Both the position numbers and the translations under genes were made by a program. 58,701 bases of DNA from Reclinomonas americana ATCC 50394 (lineage: Eukaryota), in assembly GCA_048213135.1 (NCBI GenBank), contig PS015072.1, forward strand, positions 17,141 to 75,841, given 5' to 3'. A model generated the notes under the pieces. The model did not search any database, was not told where the DNA came from, and saw only the letters and a list, made by a program, of their open reading frames with translations. Below, one piece after another: positions 38,595-49,822 of this stretch. Numbering within the stretch: the stretch's first letter is position 1; each line of letters begins with the position of its first letter.

Positions 38595-39818
38595 TCAGCG
38601 TTGCTTCTTCTTCCTTGAGGTGCCACTGCTGCTGGCACCACCACCACGTGGGCTGGGACCGCTGCCACTCGATTTTTGCGCGGCACGAATGGCGGCATTG
38701 GCGGCGCGGTCCGTGTCGACCACTGGCCGCTTGGCGAGCATGCGATCGAGTACCTTCATCGTACGCATCTTCTCGCCGGCGCCTGCTGTGGTGGTGGCGT
38801 GGCGCTTGTTGCGCTCCGACTCCTTGGGCTTGGCCGAGGCGCCGGCCACGCGGAGGCGACTCGGTGTGCCCGCTTGCACCGGATCGAACTTGCCCATCGA
38901 GGCCGTCGAGTAGCGCGCCTTGCCGAATGCATCGAGCACCGTGGCCTTCTTCGGGTGCGACTGCGAGGCAATGGCCAGCGACGACGGCAGACCGAGCTTC
39001 TTGCGATTGGTTCGCTCGCGCTTGTTCTGCTTCATGGTGCGCGCCCGTTTCTCGCCCTTCATGGCCGTGCGCGGGTCCACGCCGTCCATGCCCTGTCCCT
39101 CCTTCAACTCCACCAGCCACGGCTCGTCGGTGAGGTCGCTGCCGACACGCTTGTAGCCGTAGCGTCGTCGGAACTCGCCCGCCTGCTCGTCCCACACCAG
39201 CTTGGAGCGATCGGTCTTGCGGATCCGGTTCTCCAGCGCGTACTGCTTCCACTTGGTCAGCTGCGTGGCGGCCTTCGGGATGGGCTTCTCACGCGGGAGG
39301 CGTAATACGGCGGCGGAGAGGTCGGGCAGCAGTGCCAGCTTGCCAAGTGATCCATCCGGTGTCTTCTCCGTCGGCAGCGCAAACACCTTGCCGACCAGCT
39401 GCTGTGTCACCTCTTCTGCGGCGGCACGTAATGAGGCCTCCCTGTGATGCACCGTGTGTAAGGCAATGCAGGAGAAAGACGGGGAAGGGAGAGAGGGGGA
39501 GGAGGGACGCAACGTGTTGAAGCGCGACTTGTCGAAACCCGGATCCGACGCCATCAGGTACGTCAGGTCGTAGTTGATCTCGGTGGGGCGCGAGCTGTCG
39601 CGTGCCAACGCTGTCAACAGTGCCAGAGAGGCGTCCACGGCTCCATCGCCAGACGGTCTGTGTGGTGTGCGCTGGAGAGTGAGGAGGCGGCCATGTGCAC
39701 ATTCACATGCACAAGAAAGGACACCACACAAAGAAGAACAGGAGTTTCTGCGCGCGGATGCGGCAGTGGGGAGGATAAGGGGAGAGACGCACGTAGTGTG
39801 CTGCTCATCGACCTCCAT
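38595..39818 (-). CDS. RRS1: Ribosome biogenesis regulatory protein RRS1
   Basis: Motifs YDLTYLMASD, TQQLVGKVFALP, LPREKPIPK, TKWKQYALENRIRK, LVWDE, RRYGYKR and STASMGKFD. Confidence 0.93.
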   Translation of the reverse strand: MEVDEQHTTCVSPLILPTAASARRNSCSSLCGVLSCACECAHGRLLTLQRTPHRPSGDGAVDASLALLTALARDSSRPTEINYDLTYLMASDPGFDKSRFNTLRPSSPSLPSPSFSCIALHTVHHREASLRAAAEEVTQQLVGKVFALPTEKTPDGSLGKLALLPDLSAAVLRLPREKPIPKAATQLTKWKQYALENRIRKTDRSKLVWDEQAGEFRRRYGYKRVGSDLTDEPWLVELKEGQGMDGVDPRTAMKGEKRARTMKQNKRERTNRKKLGLPSSLAIASQSHPKKATVLDAFGKARYSTASMGKFDPVQAGTPSRLRVAGASAKPKESERNKRHATTTAGAGEKMRTMKVLDRMLAKRPVVDTDRAANAAIRAAQKSSGSGPSPRGGGASSSGTSRKKKQR

Positions 39819-39992
39819 TTGCTCCGCCTGTGTGTGTGTCGGTGTGTGTGCTTGGTTCCACCCGTCCACTGCATCGGCCGGCCGCCGGTCGAATGGCCGG
39901 AGCCGTCGATTTTCCTCACCTCAAATTGGGCGACGTGGGAGCGCGCCTTTGCTATCCTTTTGCTTTTTTGTTAACCTCGTCGTTACGCTACA

Positions 39993-42900
39993 ATGGCTGA
40001 CGCGGAGCCGATCAAGATTCGTGAGGTTGCCAAGGTTTGTGTGCAAACTTTGTTTGCGGTGTGACGCCATGACCATTTCGTTCCGCGCACTCACTCGCTG
40101 CACCACCTCCACCCCCCACATTGCGCTTGCATTTTCTTGTTTGTGTTTGTNNNNNNNNNNNNNNNNNNNNNNNNNNNNNNNNNNNNNNNNNNNNNNNNNN
40201 NNNNNNNNNNNNNNNNNNNNNNNNNNNNNNNNNNNNNNNNNNNNNNNNNNNNNNNNNNNNNNNNNNNNNNNNNNNNNNNNNNNNNNNNNNNNNNNNNNNN
40301 NNNNNNNNNNNNNNNNNNNNNNNNNNNNNNNNNNNNNNNNNNNNNNNNNNNNNNNNNNNNNNNNNNNNNNNNNNNNNNNNNNNNNNNNNNNNNNNNNNNN
40401 NNNNNNNNNNNNNNNNNNNNNNNNNNNNNNNNNNNNNNNNNNNNNNNNNNNNNNNNNNNNNNNNNNNNNNNNNNNNNNNNNNNNNNNNNNNNNNNNNNNN
40501 NNNNNNNNNNNNNNNNNNNNNNNNNNNNNNNNNNNNNNNNNNNNNNNNNNNNNNNNNNNNNNNNNNNNNNNNNNNNNNNNNNNNNNNNNNNNNNNNNNNN
40601 NNGTTGTGTGACGACTGCAGCTGGTGCAACTGGGCGTCAATGCGCAGTTCATCAACTTCAACTTCCTCTCACTGGAGAGTGAGAAGTTTGTGTGTGTCAA
40701 GGAGCAGTTCCAGGGCCAGCCAAACAACCAAGTGCGTGAGAGAGGCCGAGGGCGGAGTGCGAAGGAGAGAGTGGAGAGACTTACACTTTTGTGTCTCTGC
40801 AGTACTACATTGTGGACTTGACCACCAACAAGGTGGACAAGAACTCGATGAAGGCCGACGCTGCGTTGAACCACCCGACTGCCCGTGTCGTCGCTCTGCG
40901 AGGTGAGCTTTGTTCTGTGCCGCTAGGGGAGAGAGAGAGAGAGCATGTGTTGGGACATAGTTGAGCATTTGCATCACTTGTGTGTTGTGTGATGATGCAT
41001 GCAACGTGTCGATTTTATTTTGCGCTCTCCGCGCTCGCGCTCCCCTCCTCGCACACGCACTTTGCACCACCGTACACGCATGCAGAAATAGTACCGAGTG
41101 AGAGCGAGTGAGAGTGTTTGTGTGTGTGTGTCTGCACGTGCCGGGTCAGACATGATGGCGCGCACACACACACACTTACCGTCTGCTGTGCACGGGGTGA
41201 ATGTGCGTGTGTGCGAGGGCGTTGTGACAGCGTGGTCGGCGACTTTTTGTGTNNNNNNNNNNNNNNNNNNNNATTACGCAACGCGCGGCGAGATCGACAC
41301 GAGGCGGATGGCCTGGTCAATGTTGCCCGACGACAGGATCTGGTCAAACTTGCGCTGGTACAGCTCCTCAGCGCCAGGGAGGCCGGCGCGCGAGGCAAAC
41401 GCAAACGCCAACTCCATGTTGCCGAGCTTGTTCATCAGGAAGGGCACAAAAGTGTCCTCGTCGACCGACACGGTCAACACCTGGCCGCCGCGGTTCACAC
41501 CAATAAAGCCCTCCGTCGAGGTCGGTGCCGTGATGAAGATCGGGTCGGGCAGGCGCTTGCCGAACAGCATGGTGCCAGTGTGCACGTCGTACAGGGTCAG
41601 GGTGCCCGTGCGGGTGAGCAGGTACACAATGCCGAAGCGGTTGGAGCCCTGCATCGAGACCGGGAAGTCGCCCGCCTGGAAGGTGATGGGGATGGTCTTC
41701 TTCTCGAACATGTTGTTGCCCATGTTCAAGTCGCGGATAAAGAGCTGCGCGCCGCCGCATGCAACGTGTGAGGAGACAAGCCAGTTGGCAAGACGACGAC
41801 GACTCTCTCTTGACATGAACGTACCGTGCCACCCTCTGGCTTGGCAACGGCAATCGCCACCAAGTTGGCGGTGTAGTCGGTGCCGGGCATCTTGTACTGG
41901 ATGAAGCAGGCAGTGTGGCCCTCAATGTGCTGCGACGCACCCTTCTCGGCCGAGTACAGCTGCAGGTGACCCTTCATGGTGCCGTCAGCCTGCGCNNNNN
42001 NNNNNNNNNNNNNNNNNNNNNNNNNNNNNNNNNNNNNNNNNNNNNNNNNNNNNNNNNNNNNNNNNNNNNNNNNNNNNNNNNNNNNNNNNNNNNNNNNNNN
42101 NNNNNNNNNNNNNNNNNNNNNGTGATAGAGTGGGGGTGGGGGAGGTAGGAGAGAGAGAGAGAGAGAGTGAGTGAGTTTGTGTGTGTGTGTTTGGATCTTC
42201 ACTTTGATGATGATGTGTATGTGTGTTCATGGCTGACAAATTATTTGTTGTGGTAAACAGGGCTTCCTCCGCAACCAGACGACCATTGAGCGCTTCAAGC
42301 AGCTGCCGATGGCGCCGGGTGGCAAGCCGCCAGTGCTGCAGTACTTCCGCTCTCTGCTGGAGACCGACAAGCTCAACCCGTACGAGTCGTACGAGCTGGC
42401 TCTGATGGCCCTGCAGCGCCCGAACGGTGCTGTCTACCTCAAGAGCCTGCTCGACGAGAACAAGATTGAGGGCTCGGAGCAGCTCGGTGACTTGGTGCGC
42501 CAGTACGACCGCGAGCTCGCCCTCAAGTTGTACGCACGCGGCAACGCCGGCTCCAAGGTCCGTTGTTTTTTTTGTGTGTTGCGCTTTTCTTTTCCTTCCC
42601 TTCCAGTCGCTGATTTGGTTTCTTGTTCAGGTGGTGGAGGCTCTGATTGAGACCCGCCAGTGGGAGAACGTGTTCAAGTACGTCGACTCGACCGACTACA
42701 AGCCCGACTGGATCTCGATCCTGCAGTCGCTGCTGCGCCCCGACCGCCTCGACCCGGAGGGTGCCGAGAAGCTGGCAACCATGCTGGCCCAGCGCAGCCT
42801 GGTGGACCCGAACCGCGTGGCCGACCTCTTTGTGCAAGTCGGCCTCTTCCAGCAGGTCACCTCGTTCCTCATTGACGTGCTCAAGGAGGACAAGCCGGAG

Positions 42901-45900
42901 CAGGCCGCGCTGCAGACGCGCCTCCTCGAGATCACCCTCGCCTCGTGCCCCGCGCACATCACCGAGGGCATCTTCGCCAACAACCTCATCTCGCACTACG
43001 ACAAGCAAAAGATTGCGCAGCTGTGCGAGCGCAAGCAGCTGTTTGCCCGTGCCCTCGAGAACTACGAGGACATTGAGGACATCAAGCGTGTGATCATCCA
43101 CGCCACGGCGCTGCTGGAGCCCACTGTTGCGTCTTGTCGAAGAAACAAAAACACCCCGAGTGCTCGTAGCTGACTTGGTACCCCGTTACAGTGGCTGATT
43201 CAGTACTTTGGCAACCTGGACGTGGACGACTGCCTCGTCGTCTTCCAGGAGCTGCTGAAGCGCAACCTGCGCCAGAACCTGCAGCTGGTGGTCGCCGCCG
43301 CCAAGCAGTACGCCACACACATTGGCACCGAGCGCCTGATCAACCTGTTTGACACGTTCAAGACCCCGGAGGGCATGTTCCACTTCCTGCGCGGCATTGT
43401 CGCCATTAGCGAGGACCCGGAGGTGCACTTCCGCTACATTGAGGCCGCCGTGAAGGTGGGCCAGATGTCGGAGGTCGAGCGCATGACGCACGATTCGGAC
43501 AAGTACGACCCGGAGCGCACCAAGGAGTTCCTGAAGGAGGCTCGCCTCTCCAACATGTGGCCGCTGATCAACGTGTGCGACAAGCACGGCTTCATCCAGG
43601 AGCTGGTCGAGTACCTGTACAACAATGGCCAACTGAAGTACGTTGACGCCTACGTGCAGCAGCGCTCGCCGCACAACACCCCCAAGGTGGTCGGCACGCT
43701 GCTCGACGTGGACTGCAACGAGGACCACATTGTCAAGCTGCTGGAGCAGGTGGGCCCGCTGGCCCCGATTGCCGAGCTGTGCGACGAGGTCGAGAAGCGC
43801 AACCGCCTCAAGCTGTGCCTGCCATGGCTGGAGGCCCGCTATCAGGAGGGCGTGCAGGAGGTGGCGCTGCACAATGCGCTCGCCAAGGTGTACCTGGACA
43901 CCAACAAGGATGCCCAGCGTTTCCTGGAGACCAACCCGGTGAGTTTTGGGGTGGAAAAGGGTAATCCCTCTTTGTGTATATTTGTAACTCATTTCTTCCT
44001 CTTCTCTCTTTCCCTCCTACAGTACTNNNNNNNNNNNNNNNNNNNNNNNNNNNNNNNNNNNNNNNNNNNNNNNNNNNNNACGACAGCGTGGTGGTCGGCG
44101 AGTACTGCGAGAAGCGCGACCCGATGCTGGCCTACATTGCCTACAAGCGCGGCAAGTGCGACGACCAGCTGATTCGCCTGACCAACAAGAACTCGATGTA
44201 CCGCCAGCAGGCCAAGTACTTGGTCGAGCGCCAGGACCTCGAGCTGTGGAAGAAGGTGCTCGGCGAGGACAACTCGCACCGCCAGATGGTCGTCGACCAG
44301 GTCATCCAGTCGGCGCTGCCGGAGAGCCGCGACACGGAGGAGGTGTCGACCACGGTCAAGGCCTTCATGTACGCCAACCTGCCCAACCAGCTCATTGAGC
44401 TGCTGGAGAAGATTGTGCTGCATGGTGCCTCGGACTTCCGCAACAACCGCAACCTGCAGAACCTGCTCATCCTCACCGCCGTCAACGTTGCGTNNNNNNN
44501 NNNNNNNNNNNNNNNNNNNNNNNNNNNNNNNNNNNNNNNNNNNNNNNNNNNNNNNNNNNNNNNNNNNNNNNNNNNNNNNNNNNNNNNNNNNNNNNNNNNN
44601 NNNNNNNNNNNNNNNNNNNNNNNNNNNNNNNNNNNNNNNNNNNNNNNNNNNNNNNNNNNNNNNNNNNNNNNNNNNNNNNNNNNNNNNNNNNNNNNNNNNN
44701 NNNNNNNNNNNNNNNNNNNNNNNNNNNNNNNNNNNNNNNNNNNNNNNNNNNNNNNNNNNNNNNNNNNNNNNNNNNNNNNNNNNNNNNNNNNNNNNNNNNN
44801 NNNNNNNNNNNNNNNNNNNNNNNNNNNNNNNNNNNNNNNNNNNNNNNNNNNNNNNNNNNNNNNNNNNNNNNNNNNNNNNNNNNNNNNNNNNNNNNNNNNN
44901 NNNNNNNNNNNNNNNNNNNNNNNNNNNNNNNNNNNNNNNNNNNNNNNNNNNNNNNNNNNNNNNNNNNNNNNNNNNNNNNNNNNNNNNNNNNNNNNNNNNN
45001 NNNNNNNNNNNNNNNNNNNNNNNNNNNNNNNNNNNNNNNNNNNNNNNNNNNNNNNNNNNNNNNNNNNNNNNNNNNNNNNNNNNNNNNNNNNNNNNNNNNN
45101 NNNNNNNNNNNNNNNNNNNNNNNNNNNNNNNNNNNNNNNNNNNNNNNNNNNNNNNNNNNNNNNNNNNNNNNNNNNNNNNNNNNNNNNNNNNNNNNNNNNN
45201 NNNNNNNNNNNNNNNNNNNNNNNNNNNNNNNNNNNNNNNNNNNNNNNNNNNNNNNNNNNNNNNNNNNNNNNNNNNNNNNNNNNNNNNNNNNNNNNNNNNN
45301 NNNNNNNNNNNNNNNNNNNNNNNNNNNNNNNNNNNNNNNNNNNNNNNNNNNNNNNNNNNNNNNNNNNNNNNNNNNNNNNNNNNNNNNNNNNNNNNNNNNN
45401 NNNNNNNNNNNNNNNNNNACATGACGAAACGTTCTCTTTTACTTTTGAAGTGCTCATTCCCCCTTTCCCCCCTCCCACAGAGCGACCAAGCGCGCGTGAT
45501 GGGCTACGTGCAGCAGCTGGAGAACTACGACGGCGTGGAGGTGGCCAAGATCACTTTCGAAGCCGAGCTGTACGAGGAGTGCTTCTTTGTGTACAAGAAG
45601 CACAACATGCGCAAGGAGGCCATTGGCGTCCTGCTGCACCAGATCCGCGATGTGGTGCGCGCTCAGGAGTACGCCGACCGCGTGGACGACAAGGAGGTGT
45701 ACTCGCTGCTCGGCCGCGCTCAGGTCGACCACAACCTCATTCGCGAGGCCATTGGTGAGTGCACTGATGGAGGGAACGAGGGAGAGAGAGAGAGAGGATG
45801 AGTTGCTGACTCCCCTTTCTTTTGTGCAGCTTCGTACATGAAGGCCGACGATCCCAACGACTTTGCTGTCGTGATTGAGGGCGTTAACCGCGTGCAGGAC

Positions 45901-46987
45901 TTCTACGCCGACCTCATCAAGTTCCTGACGATGTGCCGCAAGAAGATCAAGGACAACATGATCGACACGGAGCTGGTGTACTCGTTCGCCCGCATCAACA
46001 AGCTTGCGGAGCTCGAGGACTTCATCTCGGCCACCAACATTGCCAAGCTGCAGCAGGTCGGCGACCGCTGCTTCGAGGAGGCCATGTACGAGGCTGCCAA
46101 GATCCTGTTCCGACACACTGGCAACAATGCCAAGCTGGCGTCGACCTTCCTCAAGCTGCACGACTACCCGTCTGCGTACGATGCGGCCAAGAAGGCCAGC
46201 AACATCCGGTGAGTGGCACTTCCTATGATGCAGTCTTTATGTGTGTGTGCGTGTGCGCTAAAATCATCTTCTCTCCCGCCACCACAGCACCTGGAAGGAG
46301 GTCGCCATTGCTTGCATTGACGCCCAGCAGTTCCAGCTGGCTCACATGGCCGCGCTGAACATTGTGGTGTCGGTCGACCACATGGACGCCATCATCAACC
46401 ACTACGAGTCGAAGGGTCTCTTCAACGAGGTCATTCACCTGCTCGAGGTCGGTCTGTCGATGGAGAAGGCTCACCCTGGCATGTTCACCGAGCTCGGTGT
46501 GCTGTACGCCAAGTACAAGCCGGAGAAGCTCATGGAGCACATTCGCCTCTTCCACAAGAAGGTCAACACCAGCAAGCTGTTGCGCGCGTGCGAGACTCAC
46601 CACCACTGGCGCGAGCTGCGCTACCTGTACTCGCTCATTGACGAGCACGACAATGCCGTGCGCGTCATGATTGACCACTCGGTCGAGTCATGGGAGCACT
46701 CCGTCTTCAAGGAGGAGGTCGTGCAGGTCCGCAACCTCGAGCTGTACTACCGGGTATGTTGGTTTTGGGAAAGAATGCTAGTGCTGGCTGGCTGGGGGAA
46801 GTGAGTGTGCTCAATATTTTTTTGTCGTGTGCAGTCGGTCACGTTCTACTTGGACGAGCAACCCGAGATGTTGGTCGACCTCATGGCGTCGCTGTCATCA
46901 CGCATTGACCACGCCCGTGTGGTCAATGAGGTGCGCCGCATGGGCCACCTGCCGCTGATCAAGCCGTACATGCAGTCGGTGCAGCCG
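39993..46987 (+). CDS. CLTC: Clathrin heavy chain, main plus-strand exons (N-terminus to about residue 1450)
   Basis: Motifs [96 protein letters not shown] and [24 protein letters not shown]. Confidence 0.97.
41283..41995 (-). CDS. CLTC: Clathrin heavy chain terminal-domain/linker exons on an inverted contig
   Basis: [40 protein letters not shown] and [10 protein letters not shown]...SPR continue directly into [13 protein letters not shown] at about 42261 on the plus strand. Confidence 0.95.
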
Positions 46988-47604
46988 GTGAGTACCACAT
47001 TGTGTGTGCGACTTTATACGATNNNNNNNNNNNNNNNNNNNNNNNNNNNNNNNNNNNNNNNNNNNNNNNNNNNNNNNNNNNNNNNNNNNNNNNNNNNNNN
47101 NNNNNNNNNNNNNNNNNNNNNNNNNNNNNNNNNNNNNNNNNNNNNNNNNNNNNNNNNNNNNNNNNNNNNNNNNNNNNNNNNNNNNNNNNNNNNNNNNNNN
47201 NNNNNNNNNNNNNNNNNNNNNNNNNNNNNNNNNNNNNNNNNNNNNNNNNNNNNNNNNNNNNNNNNNNNNNNNNNNNNNNNNNNNNNNNNNNNNNNNNNNN
47301 NNNNNNNNNNNNNNNNNNNNNNNNNNNNNNNNNNNNNNNNNNNNNNNNNNNNNNNNNNNNNNNNNNNNNNNNNNNNNNNNNNNNNNNNNNNNNNNNNNNN
47401 NNNNNNNNNNNNNNNNNNNNNNNNNNNNNNNNNNNNNNNNNNNNNNNNNNNNNNNNNNNNNNNNNNNNNNNNNNNNNNNNNNNNNNNNNNNNNNNNNNNN
47501 NNNNNNNNNNNNNNNNNNNNNNNNNNNNNNNNNNNNNNNNNNNNNNNNNNNNNNNNNNNNNNNNNNNNNNNNNNNNNNNNNNNNNNNNNNNNNNNNNNNN
47601 NNNN

Positions 47605-47696
47605 GGGCGCACGTGTCGGCGCAGCAAATGCGCGAGATGGCCACTCGCTTGCGTGAGCAGTACGAGCGACGGAGGCAGACGGCGGCGCCGTCATAA
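47605..47696 (+). CDS. ZNHIT2: Last codons of ZNHIT2 on an inverted contig
   Basis: The minus-strand end at 49823 (TTC GCC C) plus GG GCG CAC GTG at 47605 gives in-frame FARAHVSAQQMREMATRLREQYERRRQTAAPS*. Confidence 0.7.
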
Positions 47697-48260
47697 AACC
47701 TAATAAATTGCTTTCCCTTTTCCCTCCCTTTCCCTTTTCGTAAAAAAGCAGCGACTCGATGCAGTGTATTCTTCGTACGGAGGTCTCGTGAGGAGTGGAA
47801 AAGAAAAAAAGATTCAGTCGGACTTTTTTGCGGTGGGAGCGCGGCGACATAACGATAAAAGACGGGGGTAGAGCAGGGGGCCGAAGGAAAAAAGTTCGAC
47901 TTCCACGACGACGACGAAACGACCAGGAAGATGGAAATGGAGTGGTGGGAGGAAAGGAAAACAACGACGAAGCAAAGCAGAGCACCAGAGCTGGGAAGAA
48001 AAAATTGCACAAAACATGAGACGGAGAGTGGATGATACTAAAAAAGCGAGACAAAAGCGGCACACACAAACACTCACAAACATACACACACAGCGACATT
48101 CATACACACATACAAGTGCGGTCTTCTCGCAAAGACCAACAACAACAACAACAACAGCCAGATGACTGGTTGTGTGCTGCCTCTGACACGAGCAGAGTGC
48201 ATAAAAGTGCATGTGAAAAAGTGTGCGTGTGCGTGCGTGCGTGTGCATACAAGAGACTGC

Positions 48261-48999
48261 TTAGTAATATCCGCCAGTTGTCATGAACGGCAACATGCCA
48301 GGGGCGGCGAAGCCCGGACCGGCGACAAAGCCTGGTGCCATGCCCGTCATTTGTACCAAGACCGGATCCACGACCACCGGCATTGCTGCTGGTGCCTCGA
48401 TGATGCTGTCGGCCTCCTCCTTCTCCTTCTTGGCCTGCTCCTTCTCCAGAGCGCGCTCGCGGATGATGCCGTCGACCTTGTCAGAGTACTCGCGCACAAA
48501 CTGAATGAGGAACGGCATGGCGAAGTCGAGAATGTTGTTGCGCCAGCCAAGCTCCAGGGCAATGTCGGCCTTGATGAGCGGGTAGCATGTGAACAAGCAG
48601 GCAGCGAAGCACTCCCGTTGGCCTGCAACAAGAGACGGGAGAGTGAGACGCACGGAACAAAAAAAGAGAGATGAATATAAAAAACACACCAATCTCGACA
48701 AAGAAGCTGAGCAGGGCCTCGGCCAGCTCCTCCTTGCCGCTCTCGGCCGCCGTCTCCATGGCGTCCTGGTACAGCTTGTCCTTCTTCGACAGCTCGATCG
48801 ACTGCTCGTGGCGTTCGTTCTTCTTGTAGATGTAGGCAGCGATTCTTCGGAACTCGAGCAGCGGCATCTTCTCGCACTGTTGAGCCAGGGCAATCTGGTC
48901 AAAGTTGCCGTAGCTGTCGACCGACATGCGCAGCTTCTCGTAGTCCTCCTCCTCAATGTACAGTGAGTTCAGTGCCTCGTTGACGACCTTGAGGTCCTC
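48261..48999 (-). CDS. CLTC: Clathrin heavy chain C-terminal two exons on an inverted contig
   Basis: Motifs [50 protein letters not shown] and DFAMPFLIQ. Stop at 48261-48263. Confidence 0.95.
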
Positions 49000-49822
49000 C
49001 TGTTTCGCGAGAATGAACAAGGTGAGCATCACCGCANNNNNNNNNNNNNNNNNNNNNNNNNNNNNNNNNNNNNNNNNNNNNNNNNNNNNNNNNNNNNNNN
49101 NNNNNNNNNNNNNNNNNNNNNNNNNNNNNNNNNNNNNNNNNNNNNNNNNNNNNNNNNNNNNNNNNNNNNNNNNNNNNNNNNNNNNNNNNNNNNNNNNNNN
49201 NNNNNNNNNNNNNNNNNNNNNNNNNNNNNNNNNNNNNNNNNNNNNNNNNNNNNNNNNNNNNNNNNNNNNNNNNNNNNNNNNNNNNNNNNNNNNNNNNNNN
49301 NNNNNNNNNNNNNNNNNNNNNNNNNNNNNNNNNNNNNNNNNNNNNNNNNNNNNNNNNNNNNNNNNNNNNNNNNNNNNNNNNNNNNNNNNNNNNNNNNNNN
49401 NNNNNNNNNNNNNNNNNNNNNNNNNNNNNNNNNNNNNNNNNNNNNNNNNNNNNNNNNNNNNNNNNNNNNNNNNNNNNNNNNNNNNNNNNNNNNNNNNNNN
49501 NNNNNNNNNNNNNNNNNNNNNNNNNNNNNNNNNNNNNNNNNNNNNNNNNNNNNNNNNNNNNNNNNNNNNNNNNNNNNNNNNNNNNNNNNNNNNNNNNNNN
49601 NNNNNNNNNNNNNNNNNNNNNNNNNNNNNNNNNNNNNNNNNNNNNNNNNNNNNNNNNNNNNNNNNNNNNNNNNNNNNNNNNNNNNNNNNNNNNNNNNNNN
49701 NNNNNNNNNNNNNNNNNNNNNNNNNNNNNNNNNNNNNNNNNNNNNNNNNNNNNNNNNNNNNNNNNNNNNNNNNNNNNNNNNNNNNNNNNNNNNNNNNNNN
49801 NNNNNNNNNNNNNNNNNNNNNN

